The position numbers and the translations under genes were made by a program. Source: Eimeria praecox (Eukaryota). From it: a DNA stretch of 64,000 nt. Below are positions 24,107-37,900 of this stretch, in pieces. The stretch spans positions 3,100,001-3,164,000 of the forward strand of contig OY986949.1 of the NCBI GenBank assembly GCA_963920595.1. Direction: 5' to 3'. The notes under the pieces were generated by a model. It was given only the letters and a program-made list of their open reading frames with translations, ran no database searches and was not told the origin of the DNA. How positions within the stretch are numbered: position 1 is the first letter of the stretch; every line of letters starts with the position of its first letter.

Positions 24107-26238
24107 TCTAGTTAGGAGGGCATTCGAGTGTCTCTACACCTCAAGTTGACAACAAAAGCCTTCACAAAGCGGAAGTTGTGCACTTCCAGCTTTTAGACTC
24201 AATTTGTGCTTCAAACAAGTGACAACACCATCTCAAAAAGCCAACAGCAGAAACCGTGAGCTCAAGAACAAAACACCTTAGAAAAATGGCGGGCATGCCG
24301 CCATGGTGAGTGAACCTGATTTTTGTCTTATCTTGTTCACAGCTAGCTTCCTCTGTGCTATACGTGTGTGCCGCCTCCCCACGCAATGCATGCTGATGCC
24401 ATTGGTACACCACGTACACAGCATGCATAGGGGGAAGCATGCCAGTCACACAGCACGTGGATACCCCCAGAGGCATAGTGTACGCTCAAGGGGAGGAGTA
24501 TACATGCCTTGTGGATCAACTGTTCTCGATTTTCTCAACTGAAACAGAAGCCCTACTTGTTCAGGGTTTACGGTCTAAAGTTTGTGTATACCGTGCGCTG
24601 AGTTTTGCGCTGAACTGCCATCCCCATAGTTGCCTCGAACTGCCATCCCCATAGTTGCCTCTTGCCCGTGCGCATCAGTTCCGTGCGCACCAGTTCTTTC
24701 TGCTCCTGTCTAATAACCCCTCCCTAAATCCGCATTTCAACCAACGCTCTTGCCATTCTGCACCCTACAACAGTTCGCTAAGGAAGGGAAAATATTAAAA
24801 AAAAAGGGCTGGGGGGGTCTGTAAAAAAAAAAAGTAACTCGAAAGGTTTTCTCCAGTGCTTCGGCAGCTTTCTCTAGTTACATGGAACCCGAAGCGCCGA
24901 TGGAGCAATGTAGCTCCTCGCTCTCGCTAAAATGGCGCGTGAACTTGCACTGCAGTTGCGGTGTATATACACCGCGCCAAACCAGATACAGCACATCATC
25001 GATGTGCGGCGTCCAATGGCACTATCCCCTACACTTCTATTAATTATCAACCGATGACAGACAGCGACAGGCCCGCACGGCTGCTAATGCAAGGGGAAAG
25101 CCCTTCTGCCACCTGTCTGCACACTCTGTAAGGCTGCCGCTCCCTTTCGGGGCGGGTTTTTCATGATCTCATTAACCTTCATACATACGCATACGCACAA
25201 GTATGTGCATATGCATATATATACATATATACATATATATATTCACATATATTCATATAAAAGCACCCCTCTACATACCTATACATCCATTCTGATGTAT
25301 ATACGCAAAATACTACATACATAAAGACGGCACTTTGCTGCCCGCCAAAAAAAAAAGAAAACGGCGTCCCCCCCGAATAATTTCTGTTTAATTTCAGCCC
25401 GTCACCATTGGGAACAGCCACCTCCCCAGGTGAAGACAGGCGAACTCCCTAACTTATTATTCTATCCATTCACTGCCCTCTGCCTCTTATTAAAAGCAAC
25501 CGACCGCCTGCATCACTCGGCCAACACCTTGCTGTACAAAATCAGTCAAAACTCTGCGCAGAGCCTAAGACAAAACAAAGGTGCCAAGGCGCGCGACGGC
25601 CGACCCGAAGGTGCAGATTCACCGAGGTAAAATCAAAAATTAATAAACCATAAAGGAAAAAGGAATCTCCCTACATCCCCTAAGCAATCATCATAAAAGG
25701 CTGCCGCCCGCCACGGCTTCGCCTCTTGTTCATATTCATATACACGCCATTCTCCGAAGAGAAAAACCAAAACCAGGTCATATGAGCAGCGTACTTAGTA
25801 TATACGCTACATATAAAACATACATAAAACGCGCCATTACATAACTTCGATATATTTATTTATCGCCGAAGAAGTACACATACATGAAACATGTGTGTAC
25901 TTGTACACACTATGTATGCAAGCATACATATCTGTACTGTAAAACATTCATAAAACGCGTAATTATACATATATACATGCTTTTGAATTTATATGCATGC
26001 ACGAAGCAACGTACATATACACGTTTAGCACGTGTATTTGTACATAGTATGTATGTAAGCACACACAGATGTACTGCGTCCCTATAAGAATCAAAGTCAA
26101 GATTATCATAAACCGTGATGATGATTAGTCTTCAAGGCCGCCGCATTTCCTGGTTTCCGAATAAAACGCGGGTGCTACTGATCTGCTTCAGCACATCCCG
26201 CTGCTAACAACCTGCTGTGTCTTCTCTCCCCATGATCA

Positions 26239-29200
26239 TCACCAGGCTGCTGCTGACCAACTGTTGTCTTCTGCCTCTGCGCCACTGCCCCCAAGTGCAG
26301 TTGTCTGCGAAGACAAGGAAAACAGGCTCTTCTCCTTGCACGGCCACAAGCTCAGCCCGCTGTCCCGCTGCAACTCATCCGAGTCGCACCTCCGCGTCGC
26401 GAGGCGACAGTGAGGTTCCTCTGGGGCCCCCCCAACTCTTCCGCTGTACAGCTCTTCAAGGCCTGGAGGTACTGCCATCCCCGCCGATGGGGCACCCCAA
26501 GGCGAACTGTGCAGCTGAACAGAAGAGTAAGATTTCATGTATGCTCCGAATGCCTGCTGTATGTCGAGCAAGGCTTCCGTCTTGAGCACCGGCTCCGTGC
26601 TGCGCCGCGGACTCTGAAAACAAGCTCGAGCCGCGCGCATCTGCGCCTGCGCACCCACAACTCCTAAGCCGTCGAATGACAATGAACTGTCCGGACACTC
26701 CGATAAGCATGGCCCAGAACCCGCTTCGCCCCCTTCGGGCGAGAGCCCACAACCCGTCCCCGGTCCCGTCAACCCCCCCCCTGCTGCTGCTGCTGCTGTT
26801 GGTGCAGTTGCAGTTCCAGTTGCTGCTGCTGATGCTGATGGTGCTGCCGGTGCTGCGGCTGAGGGTGCTGCTGCTGCTGGAGGTGAGCAAAAGTTGTGCT
26901 CAGGAGATACACCCCACAGGGCGGCTGAGGGGAGGCCTGGGCTGCTGCTAGATGGCATGCAGCGAGGAGACTCTGACGCAGGGGACTGCAAAATATCGGT
27001 GGAAAGGTCGGAGCTCGTTGAGCCCTGAGTATCCCACCGCTTTAGAGTGTTCACTTCGGCTAAAAGCGAATCTAAAGAAGATACCGCTATATTAGATCTC
27101 CCCTCAGACAATATACCCCCGCATATGACCTGCCGCAGGCGGTCCAACGTGGTATCGCTGGGTGCCTTCAGCCCTTCTCTCAGGGGCTCCCCCTCACCTC
27201 CTGTGGCTTTCCCCGCTGATGCACCTGCTGCTGTTGCACCTGCTGCTGCTGCCGCTGCTGCTGCGGCAGCAGCAGCGGCGGCACGGTCCTTACGCTGACC
27301 CCCGCTGCGTCCCGCCAGCCGAGACTGCTGCTGCAGCTGCTTCTTCCTCTCCAGGTGAGGTGGCAGGCTGCAGAGGCACGGGGACAGAAGGACCGACAGA
27401 AGACAAGGACACACTCTTCCTCAGACCCCCTGGCAAGCACCCCGATGCAGACAAATGCGCACGGCTGGAGACACCGAAACGCCCCCAGTAACAGCAGATA
27501 GGTGTGGGACAAGCGCATAGAGAGCAAGCACACAGACCTTCACACACATGGACCAAAACAGGCAAGACGGAAAAGACAGCAACAAGCAGAATGGGAGGAG
27601 CTGGCCGCCCCACACGAAACAGAGAGAAACGGACAGAAGCAAACAGAAACTGCACCGAGAGAGTCACACGAACACACGAAGCACAAGCGCAAGCATACGG
27701 CACGTTCAAAACGTAAGCATGCAAAACTGTACACAAGAAAGAACCACGACTTCCTAGACCCCAAAGCTGTCTTTCCCCATCATCCTACTTCTCTGGCCTG
27801 AGGTCAGCATCTCCATGTGCGTGCCTGCACAACTCTCCGCTGTAGCAGCAGCCCTGCCTCCAGTACTTGCAAATAGTGGTCTTGAAGACGCCGACGGTGG
27901 ACTGAAGCTCATGTTCGCCGTGAGCGAAGTTGCAGTCCTCATTCTCACACTTCCCCTTCAGCCAGTATTTACACAAAGAAGTCTTCCGCAGCTCCAGCTT
28001 CTTTTGCAACTCCGTCATGTTGTGGGCGTAGTTGCAACTCTCCCGATTCGGGCACGCGCCCAGGCGCAGAAAGCTCAAACACATCAGGTTCCTTCGCACC
28101 CACAAGCATACGTATGCACTCGCAAACCCCTACCTAGCCAGCCTGTTTACCTAGCCAGCCAGGCAGCTAGCCACTCTGCCGGCTAGCCGCTAGCTGTTAG
28201 CAGCTAGTCATATCGCCCAGCAGACTGGCACAGACAGGAGAGAGAGGCAGGCAAGAATTTGGATGGGGACGAAGCTTCCTAGTCAGAGCCACCTTCCACA
28301 CACGGCGATTCACAAAACCAAACCGACCGCCCTGGCTGACCAGCCATACGGCACCTAGGCGAAAAGGCGCGTGAAGAAACAAAGAGAGAGGAGAGGTGAT
28401 TCTACAGAGATGAAGAAGGCGGAGACGAGCACACAGGCATGGACACACCATATGCCTGCCAACGGTGTATAGGGACCTTTACATGCAGTGCGTCTGCGCC
28501 CCACGTATAATGCATACGTATGCACGTTGACAGGCACGCACAACCTATACTTTCTACTGTGTCAGTATTCGAACTCGATGCATGCTGCATACGTGAACCT
28601 AGTGCAAGGCATTCAACTTCATACAGCATACGGCAGTACATGTACGTCTAATGTAAGGGCCTATGCACACCCCCTCTACCCACTCTGCCCACGGTTTCCG
28701 TCCCTCGGTCTGCTTGACCTCAGGGTTTAGAGTTAAGGCTTTAGGGTTTAGCGTTTGCCTGTCACAACGGACCGTTTGGGGAAGACGGGTTTGCGTTGCA
28801 TCCCCCCTTGCGCTTGCAGGTGTAGCATAGTGACCAGGGCCGTCTGTAGGGCCAAGTGGCCATCTGCATCGGCGTTGGCTGCTGCTGCTGCTCTGTTCGC
28901 AGCTGCATTCTTCTCTCCCTAACGTCCTCTTCCAGATGAATGCTTCGAAGACCCCGTACCATCCCCATGCCCTCGCCTTCCCCCTCCATGCTGCTGAGCC
29001 GAGCCGTTCCTGCTAAGGACTCCTGCACCAAAGGTTTGCTGTCCTTCTGCCTTGTGCCCGTGTTGACTCTGCTGCTCTGTCGTCTGCTGCAGCAACTGCT
29101 CCAGAAGCACCTCCTGCTGGGGTTGTTGCTGCACCTGTTGCTGCACCTGCTGCACTCCCGCAGGCCGAGATAACAGCAACTCCTCTACGTCCGGCAATCG

Positions 29201-29635
29201 CCGCGAGCGTGCCGCATCCCCTGCCAGCGCCTTCTCGCTGCCTCGGCAAGCCAGAGGGCCTCCTTCCCCAGTTGCTGCTGCTACAGCAGCAGCAGCAGCT
29301 GCTGCAGCTGCTGCTGCTACCTGCTCCGTCGCTGACTGGACGCCCCCGCATAGAAGGCGCTGCTCATTGGCCTCCTCCCCCACCCTGCAAGACACCACTG
29401 CTGCGGCTGCCGCAGCGGCAGCAAGTGTGCTGCTGCTGCTGGAGCTTGTGCCTGTATTGGTGCTGCAGTTACTGCCGCTGCTACCATCTCCATTTGTGCA
29501 TTCATCCCAGGCTGCCGTGTGCAGGCCTCCTTCCGTAGGACCTAACTCCCCGTCCGAGGGGATTAGGAAGACATGCTTGAAACACTCCATGTTGCCGTGA
29601 GACGATGAGGTGCTGTCTCCACGCACCAAAGGCAT
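26239..29635 (-). CDS. Triple CCCH zinc-finger (putative RNA-binding) protein. Exons ~29635-28773 (contains in-frame TAG at 28921-28919; alternative ATG at 28828), 28091-27789, 27367-26239
   Basis: Three fingers: RNLMCLSFLRLGACPNRESCNYAH, RKTSLCKYWLKGKCENEDCNFAH, FKTTICKYWRQGCCYSGELCRHAH. Phase-2 junctions give VFPKR|NLMC and RPEN|LPPHLERKK. The 5' structure is uncertain. Confidence 0.85.
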
Positions 29636-31667
29636 GTCGGTCCTCTCCCCTGGAGATATCCTTAAAGTTGAATGTCACAATAAACACGAGATCAGGACAA
29701 GCCCAGCAAACCACGCCACCAAGGGCTGCCGGCTGCCAGGTCACCAGCTACAAGCCTCCCGTAAACCTGAAGAATGAAACGATGCAGCAGGCGGCGTGTG
29801 GCAGCAGCACCAGCCGAGGAATATCTTCCCCTATGTCGCTGCTGCTGTCAAAGCGCCCGGCCAAACCACTGAGACAAAGACTGCCTTGAGCCAAAAAAAA
29901 CCTCGCCCCGAAGACACTGTCCCCTCACGTTCCACGCTGCCGCTGCTGCGGCCGCTGCTGCTGCTGTTTCTACTGTTGCTGCTCCGTGCCTCTACTTAGG
30001 GCTGTTGCCGTTCCTGGGAAAGGCAATGTAGTGTGAGTTGTGCCCGCCTGTTGACAGTGTGCTCGTCCCTCGATAAAAACCTAAGTCATGAGCCGCTGCT
30101 CCTGCGATAAAAAGCCCGCAATGGGCTGTTAAGAGAGCCGCTACCCTGCAGAGTCAGCCCCAACTGACTTCTTCCTAGGAAGAGAGGAGACACAGAAAGA
30201 GACAGAATGAATAGGAAACGAGACACAGGCGGAGAAAACCCGAGAGCTGTCTGCTGGTGTACTGATATCTGCAAGGAAACACCCCTTAGGGCAGTGTGGA
30301 GCTCAAACGTCTCTACACAGTCAATGAGCTGCCGCTGCCGCTGCTGCTGCTACTTCCGCTGATGCGGACAGCCGCTGCTGCTGCTGCCGTTGCTGTTCGT
30401 GTGTCGGTGGGCCGGCGCACGCAAGGCATACCCGAAGGCACCCTCCCTTCAACTGCCGCCAGAAGCCTTTATAAAACCCACTTCTGCAGAATGTGGTAGT
30501 GGCGGTGTTCTTTGAACTGAACTCGACTCGATTGTTCGCCGTTCACCAGACGGCGGTATGGGCCTCAAGTGCTCGTCCCTCGCGACAGCGTATACGTAGC
30601 GCCTTAAAAAACAAGACAGTGAATAGGCAAAAAGACAACATGATTCCCGTCCCCTGCAGGCAGCAAGGAGACAGGCAACCCCCAAAAACACAGCAGCAAG
30701 CAGCCCGAGACAGAGGCAAGGCTCCCCCTCCTTGTGCCTATCAAGAGGAAGAAGACAGAGTGGGAGGGGAAAGCCTGCTGCGTTTGCACCCCAAAAATGA
30801 TACCAGTTGCCAAGATAAACTGTTCCTTCTACGACGTTGCAGTATTGTAAAGCCCTGATAAACCAGATAGCCAATAAACATAAACCCCTGTCCACAGAAG
30901 CAGACAGGAGCAGTGTATCTGCCCATCGGAGCGCGCCGCAAGGGGAGCAGATGCTGATCTTCCGCTATACTCGTTGCTGTTAAACGATGCAAAAGGCTGT
31001 TTTGAATATTAAAAAGGCAACCCAAGTGCTTTCGTCAAACAACAAAAATCTGAAGCTGATAGTGCTAACAGATGCGCTCCAGCGGCAGACCAGTGGCGGC
31101 TCCCCCGCTTGCTTCGATGCCTCGAGAGACGGGGAGCTGCACGGGGTGGGGGTTGCGGTGCTGAGCTGTCTGCTGCTCTAAAACATATATAGGAGTAACT
31201 ATATTGGGATTTAATGCAAATTAAATTATATATAAAACATTTTAAGCATGGAAGGAAGTATACTAGCGCTGTTTGAGCTCTGCTCCCTCAGGTGACCAGG
31301 GAACGCTGCCTGTACCCCACGATATGCGGTGCTGCTTTGCCTTTAGACACAATATTAAGAAACAAACAGCCAACAGACTGTAGATGCTTGCAATGAATAT
31401 GGTGTGCAGGGGTTACATCTCCTTTTCGCCCGTCTCTTAGTGGGCGTGGCGCCTCCCACCTAATGAGGAGGAGACAACAGGGGGGGAGGCAAGAGGCTGA
31501 CTGGCAGCAATATAGAGACAAGCATCGGGCTTATCAAAAGCAAACAACAAGCCTGCACTAGACCATTAACACAGAAGGGAGCGTCATATAACGAGGAAAG
31601 AGTGGAGGGAGCAGACAAACTAAGGCAGGCAGACACTTACAGGGGACAGGCACATACACGTTTGCGC

Positions 31668-31679
31668 AGACACACACGC

Positions 31680-31720
<41 letters not shown>

Positions 31721-31770
31721 GACACACACACACAAAACACACTAACGCGCACACATGCACACATATACAT

Positions 31771-31813
<43 letters not shown>

Positions 31814-31938
31814 CACACATAGGCGCACACGCATACACGCATACACACTCACAGGCACGCACACGCACAAATGCACACGATGGGAGCACATGTTCACCCA
31901 CCCACGCACAGATGCACACACACACACACACTCACACA

Positions 31939-31976
<38 letters not shown>

Positions 31977-32000
31977 TAGAGAAATAGATAGACACACACA
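31668..32000. repeat. Long imperfect (CA)n tract followed by (GA)n
   Basis: Directly visible. Confidence 0.95.
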
Positions 32001-34922
32001 GCTTCTTAAAAGGAGCAATCATCAGTTCCTTTGTAAGTGTGCGGAAGTCTAAGATGATGGACCGGCAACTGAAGGAAGGCCAGTTCGCTGCGCTGAAGGG
32101 AAGTGGGCTGTGCCCAACGGCAGTTGGCTGTGCTTGTCCGTGATAAGCATTCTTCTCTTTCCACAGAGCCTTCTCTCCCGTGTGTGTCGCTGCGTATCAC
32201 AGTTTCCCTCTAAAGTGCTTTCTTATCATCTCTGTCTCTGTATCCTTAGTCCTACCGTTCCTTCGTTACTCTCCCCTGATTTCTCATTATCTTTTCATTT
32301 GTTGCCTCTGGGGAACAGGCTGGACGAACGTTACGGTCTATAGTGCTAGCATCACATACCAAACCCTGGAACCCGCGTAACGCATGCTGCAAGACCGCTT
32401 GCAGCAGGAGCAGGGGGTTGTGGTGCTAACGGTGTACAAGCTACTCTAAAGAACTGCCCTAAAGGCCACAAGCTTACAACCGAAGCCATATAAAAGAAGC
32501 ACTAAACCCAGTCCCTCGCCACAAACCTAGCGACAAAACCTGGAAGCACAACCCACTCATAGCCTTGAGGGGCCGTAAAGCTTACTGAAGCCTAAACCCT
32601 AAAATGGTATTCCCCCTAAGCCATGCACAACAAGCCTTCTAGCTTAAATATCAAACCCCGAAGTTCTGGGCCAGTAGCCCCTGCCACTGAACGCTGCACT
32701 GAATCCTGGACCCTGGACGTTTAGCTGCCCCAACAGCAAACGTAAAAAAACGCGTTTTGTATATGGAATAATTCACAAACACCTCCAAACTGTCTGTATT
32801 TACACCCGCTCCCCAATTATCCCCTAACAGATTAACCCCTTGTACCCGGCGGCGCGGTGTAGACACCACTTTGCACTCCGCGCAGAAGAGAGGACAAAAC
32901 ATAAGATATATTAAATAATCGGGTTGTGGCTCTGCCAAAATATGGCTTCTGCAGCAACGGGAGAGGAGCCCGCAGCATTCTGTAGTCTTGCCATTTTAGG
33001 CACAAGGCTGGACAAAGCCAGGCAGAGACAGGAAAACAACCAAGGCAAAAACAGCAGCCAAGGATACAAACGGGGACCAGATAAGAAGCGAGAAGAAAAC
33101 CCCGGCAAGCACATCCCAAGACTGTGGGATGGACTGTAAGATGGCGAGGTATAACTAGCAAAGAAAAGAGGAAACAATCAGAACTAAGCATGAGTGCAAG
33201 ACGGCTCTACAGTCTGCTGAAGCACAGCTGAAGCATGAGCAGCCTCGGTGGCTGCATGAGCCACAGCTAGCGATCGCTCGCCCGCTGACCAGCTCATCTG
33301 GCCACTAATCTCTGCCATTCTGTAGCTGCTAAAGTTGGTGCTATTGCCTTTCTAGGCAACAGCAGCTAATAGGAAACGCCTGCGCTCGCTGCAAGCCGCC
33401 GGTGCAGAAGCAGCTTATACCTCGACTAGCAGCAGCTGTTTAGGGGGTGGCACTAAGAAGCCACTCAATACGCAGTGGCAGGTGCAAGCTTGGTGTTGCC
33501 ACTGCTATTGTTGCGGCTTGTCTCCTTTGCCGGCAGGTCCAGCATCTCAGACAGCTGAAAAGGCCCCTCTAGCCGGGGAGCGCTACCTGTTGGGCCCACG
33601 CATAGCCGCAAGGCTTGCACTTCGTCTTTCCCCCTGTAACAGGCACAACATTGCAAGCGCTGAGGAATCTCAAAACCACCCACAGACCATTGCCACCCAG
33701 TGCGCATGCCGGAGAGCCTGCGCCTTAACTCCCGCTGCATCAGCAGCGGGAAGCAGGAGTACTCGCACTGGGTGAAGCAGTGGCAACAGTAGCAGCAGTA
33801 GCAGCAGCAGTAGCAGAAGCAACGGTAGTATGCACAGAGGTAGCAGAAGTAGGCAGCAGCAGTAGCGGCAGTAGTATGCAAAGGTACTAAAAGTAGCAGC
33901 GGCACAAGGAGCAGCAGTAGCAGCAGAAACAGTTGTAGTATGCAGAGGCTGCAGCAGCAGCACCGTTACCAGCAGCAGGTGTATCAGCAGTAGGAACACG
34001 AGGAGGGAGCAGCAGCAGCAGTAGTAGCAAGAGGACATAGCTCACGTGGGTTTGAACACCTGTGTGTGCGTGCGCCAACTATCCCCCTGAGCATCTGCTG
34101 CACAGTCTCCCCCTGAGCAGGAAACCGATCGGCTGGGGACCCCTTCACTGCCTGAGCAGCAGCTCGTGTCACACCACCTTGAAAACCATTCGCGGAAGCG
34201 GCTGCCCTGGAGGGCGGGCAGACGGACCCGAGGCCCCAAGAGCCCGTCAATCCCCCCCGCGGATACAACTCCTGCGGAAGCTGCCCGCACATCCAAAACT
34301 CCTGCAGTTAGGAGGCGCAAACGCACACACAAACGAGCTCACAAAGACAAAATACAAGTTAATACATTGCATTGAGCTAAAGTAAACAAACAAGCGCACA
34401 CAGGCACACAAAGACAAAACAAATGAACTCATCTAACAGACATATAGAAAGTAAGCAGGCAAACAACCTCACACGCACACAGAGAGAGAGAGAGAGACAC
34501 GCACACACGTGCACAAGGACAACACAGATGAATGAATTCAGCAGTCAGATACGAAGCATGCATGCACAAGCAAGCACACCAAGAGTAAAGAGTCTCACCC
34601 TTGAATCAGCAGATAAAAAACACAAACAAACAGAAAAGGGCGTAAAACGCGTGCTGGACTCAAAGGGAATTTTTCAAGAGGTGCCCGGCAAGGGAAGCCG
34701 CTTCACCGGGCAGGCGCCCGGCTAGTTGTAATGCCTCTGCTTAGCCATACTGCCTCTTTTAGCTTATTTCGTGCAAAACTTTGTTGTCCCTTTGTGCATA
34801 TTCTCTCTCCTGCTGCCAGCGTGTGACTGCTGATGTACAGTGTTTTACACCTTCTTTAGTTTTCTCGTGGTTTTAAACGAGCAAATTTTATATTAGATCA
34901 CCAACTGTTAGTGTACGGCGGG

Positions 34923-37900
34923 CTAGACCCCTGTGTGGCGCTCCGTACCTGAAATGTTGATAGTCTTGTCGCTGCCGTCTTTGCTCTCGTGAACGTTAAC
35001 CATCGGAATGACGAAGGGAGGGTAGGAAACGTTGAAGACATGCGTAGGACCTCCCACAGACCCTTTAAGGCCTGCAATCTGCTGCTCCTCTGCCCTCTTG
35101 AATGCATCGAACGCAGCGGCCAGCTGCTGCAGCTGCCGCTGCACCAGCTCCAATACGCTGGCGACACCCCCCTCCCGTCTCTCAGTCAAAATAACGCTCT
35201 TTAACTCCTCCAACTCAGCCTATATCAGCACCAGCAGCAGCAACAGTATAAGCATCAGCAAGAAAGCCAAAGTGCAGGCAGCGCCACGGGCTACCTCATG
35301 GCATACAATTGAAGCATCTGCCACGATGAGCACTAGCTTTTCCAGAAGTGATGCATACATATTCAAGCCCATAGTTAGCACTTAACGGTTTTAACAGTCT
35401 CCACCCCTTCGACTCCCCGGTGGGGCCTCTTTGCAAGCATCTTACCTTGAGATGCAGGTTTTCTTTGCACATCTGTTCATTGGCAGCTATGAGTAGTTTT
35501 TGTTTGGCTGCTGCATCCTCGAACTGCTGCCGCTGTTCTTCAAGGGAGGCGAGCAGCTGCTGGAAGGGCTTCTGCGTATCTTGGGCCAATGGGAGGGCAT
35601 GGGCTTCCCCGGTCTCTAGTTGCTGCCTGATCTCCTCATCACCACCCGATGCCTCCCTCTCCTGCTTCCACTCCTCCATCACGGGTTGGGGAGCCTCCGC
35701 ATGCCGGTCCCTCACCTCTGACACCACAACGTGCAGTTGCATGCCGTCCCGCTCAAGCTGCTGCGGGCTCTCCTTGAAATGAGGTTCGTGGCTCTGGTTG
35801 TCCTTCACTAGCAGCTGCTGTAGCTGCTGCTGTGCCTCCTGAAGCGACCTGTGGGATTCCGTGTAGCTCCGCTGCAGCATCAGATCGAGGTTTCTGTATC
35901 TCTCTTGGGCATCCCCCAGGCTCGCGAGCAAGGCCTCATACTTGCTTTGCCACTGCTTCTGCTGCTGCTCCTCTGCACTGCTCGTGTGCTGCTGCAGCTG
36001 CAGCTGCACCAATAAGCCGGCATTCTGCTCCCGCAGGCTGTTGACTGTCTCCTTCAGGGCCTTGTACTCCTGCCCCAAGGTTGCTGTCGCCTCCTGGTTG
36101 ACGCTCTGTAAAGCGTGTGCTCTTTCTTCCTTCAGTTGTTCAATCTGCTGCTGCAGAACGGCCATTGCTGTCTGCTGGGCCCTCTCCAGTTGGAGCCTGT
36201 CCTGCTCCTTCTCCGCTAGCTGCCGCTCCGTCTCCTTCTTTGCTGCTTGCACCGACAGTTCCAGTTGCGCTATGTTTCCCCGTAGGGCCTCCCCCTCCGC
36301 GATACAGGCTGCTTCCTTGCTGGCGTACTCATCGATCCGCTGCAGCAGCTCCTGCACTCGCTCCTGCACCTGCTGTAGCTCCCGTTCCTGCGCTTCCAGC
36401 GCCTCTTGTGTTTCCTCCCTCTGGCGCCTCATCTCCGTCCTCTGGGCCTCCCACTCAGATGCTGCCACCTCCAGTTCGAGTTTCTGCTTCATTGTCTCCT
36501 GCAGCTGCTCCTGCAGGTCCTCCAGCCTGTCGCACGCGGCGCGCAACTCTGTGCGCACCTCCTCTTTGGCTTTGTCTGTCATTTCAATTTGTCGATATAA
36601 GTCCTGCCGCACTGCTTCAGCCTCCTTTTCTTGCTGTTGCAGCCGGTGCTGTAAGTACGCCACCTGCTCCCGCAGCTGCTGCTGCAGCGCCTCAGCAGTC
36701 TCCTGGAACTCCTGCTGCTCCATTTCAATTGACTGCTGCTGTTGTATACTTTCAGATAGGGCCTCTACACGGCGGCGCTCCTGCTCGAGCTGCGCCATGC
36801 AGCAGCCAACCACAGCACAAGACAACGATTCTTAAGGCTCTTGGGCATACCACATAGCAGCAGCATCTGCAGCAGCTCCAGCTTCAGCAGGAAGCAGCAG
36901 TACCGGGTAGAGGCCAGCAGCATTTGCAGCCAGTGCAGCAGCAGGAGGAAACGCCACCGCCAGCAAAAGCAACAAAAACAGCACTTGCCCATTGCTCATC
37001 AATATGCCTTCCCAACCCTGCTGCCCCGCTCTCACCAAACCAAAGCGCGGGGCCTCAGCCTCACCAAATTCAAGAGCTCCTTTCGTCCCCTCTCTGCCTC
37101 CTCGCTCTCCACCCCGCTCCCATCTCCGCGCTTCACCAACTCAATCAGTTTACTGCGAAGCAGCAGACGACAACAGATGCTCATGCACTCAAAGCTTAGA
37201 GGCGCTTATGTTGAATACGCTTTAAGAAAACATCCATACAAGCTGAAGAAAAACCAAAGATATCCAAGCACGGATATCAAAATCTCTCCGTATAAAGAAA
37301 AGATGGAACCGCTCATTTTGTCTCCTCAGCACCGCGGAAAATGCAAATCCCCACAAGAATTGGCTTATAAGGTGCCCGCCGCAACCCGGCGCGAGATGCT
37401 GATGGCTTCTGAAAACGCGTATCTCCAGCTGCACGTTGTTTGATGCTGCTACTGCAACAGCAGCAGCAATGCGCAGGTACTGACGACAGATGGGTGCGGC
37501 TTACTTGCTCGCCTCTCCAAGGGCACTGGCAGCGTTATTTGTTGCAGCCAGCTTCCCCTCGAGGCGCTTCACTTGAGAAGACAACTTCTCGATCTGCTGC
37601 ATGTTCGTCTCTACGCTGCGGTGCATCTGTTGCAACTGCCCCTCCAACTCTGTCTGCCGCTTCTGCACACCACATACCATTAGAAGCCTCCACAAGCCCT
37701 CGTATGCCCTGTCCTGTGTAGGCGCACTTCAGAGCTACGATAGGTGCACGCACCAACCCGTCACTACTACTACAAGGAATTGCTCTTATAAAGATTCCGC
37801 CATTCACAAGTATAAAAGGCAACTGTGGTAGGAGATAGGTGAGAGGATTTGCTTATATAGCCATCCTTTTTATGTATATGCGTGCACATTAGCTAAAACA

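Noticed and set aside
24612..24661. 25-bp direct tandem duplication (gaactgccatccccatagttgcctc x2)
   Set aside because: Two copies only, intergenic, consistent with simple slippage.
28919..28921. Selenocysteine recoding at the CCCH in-frame stop
   Set aside because: The codon is TAG, not TGA, and I saw no SECIS evidence.
35942..36857. Long plus-strand ORFs of 297 and 246 aa
   Set aside because: Antisense shadows of the coiled-coil exon.
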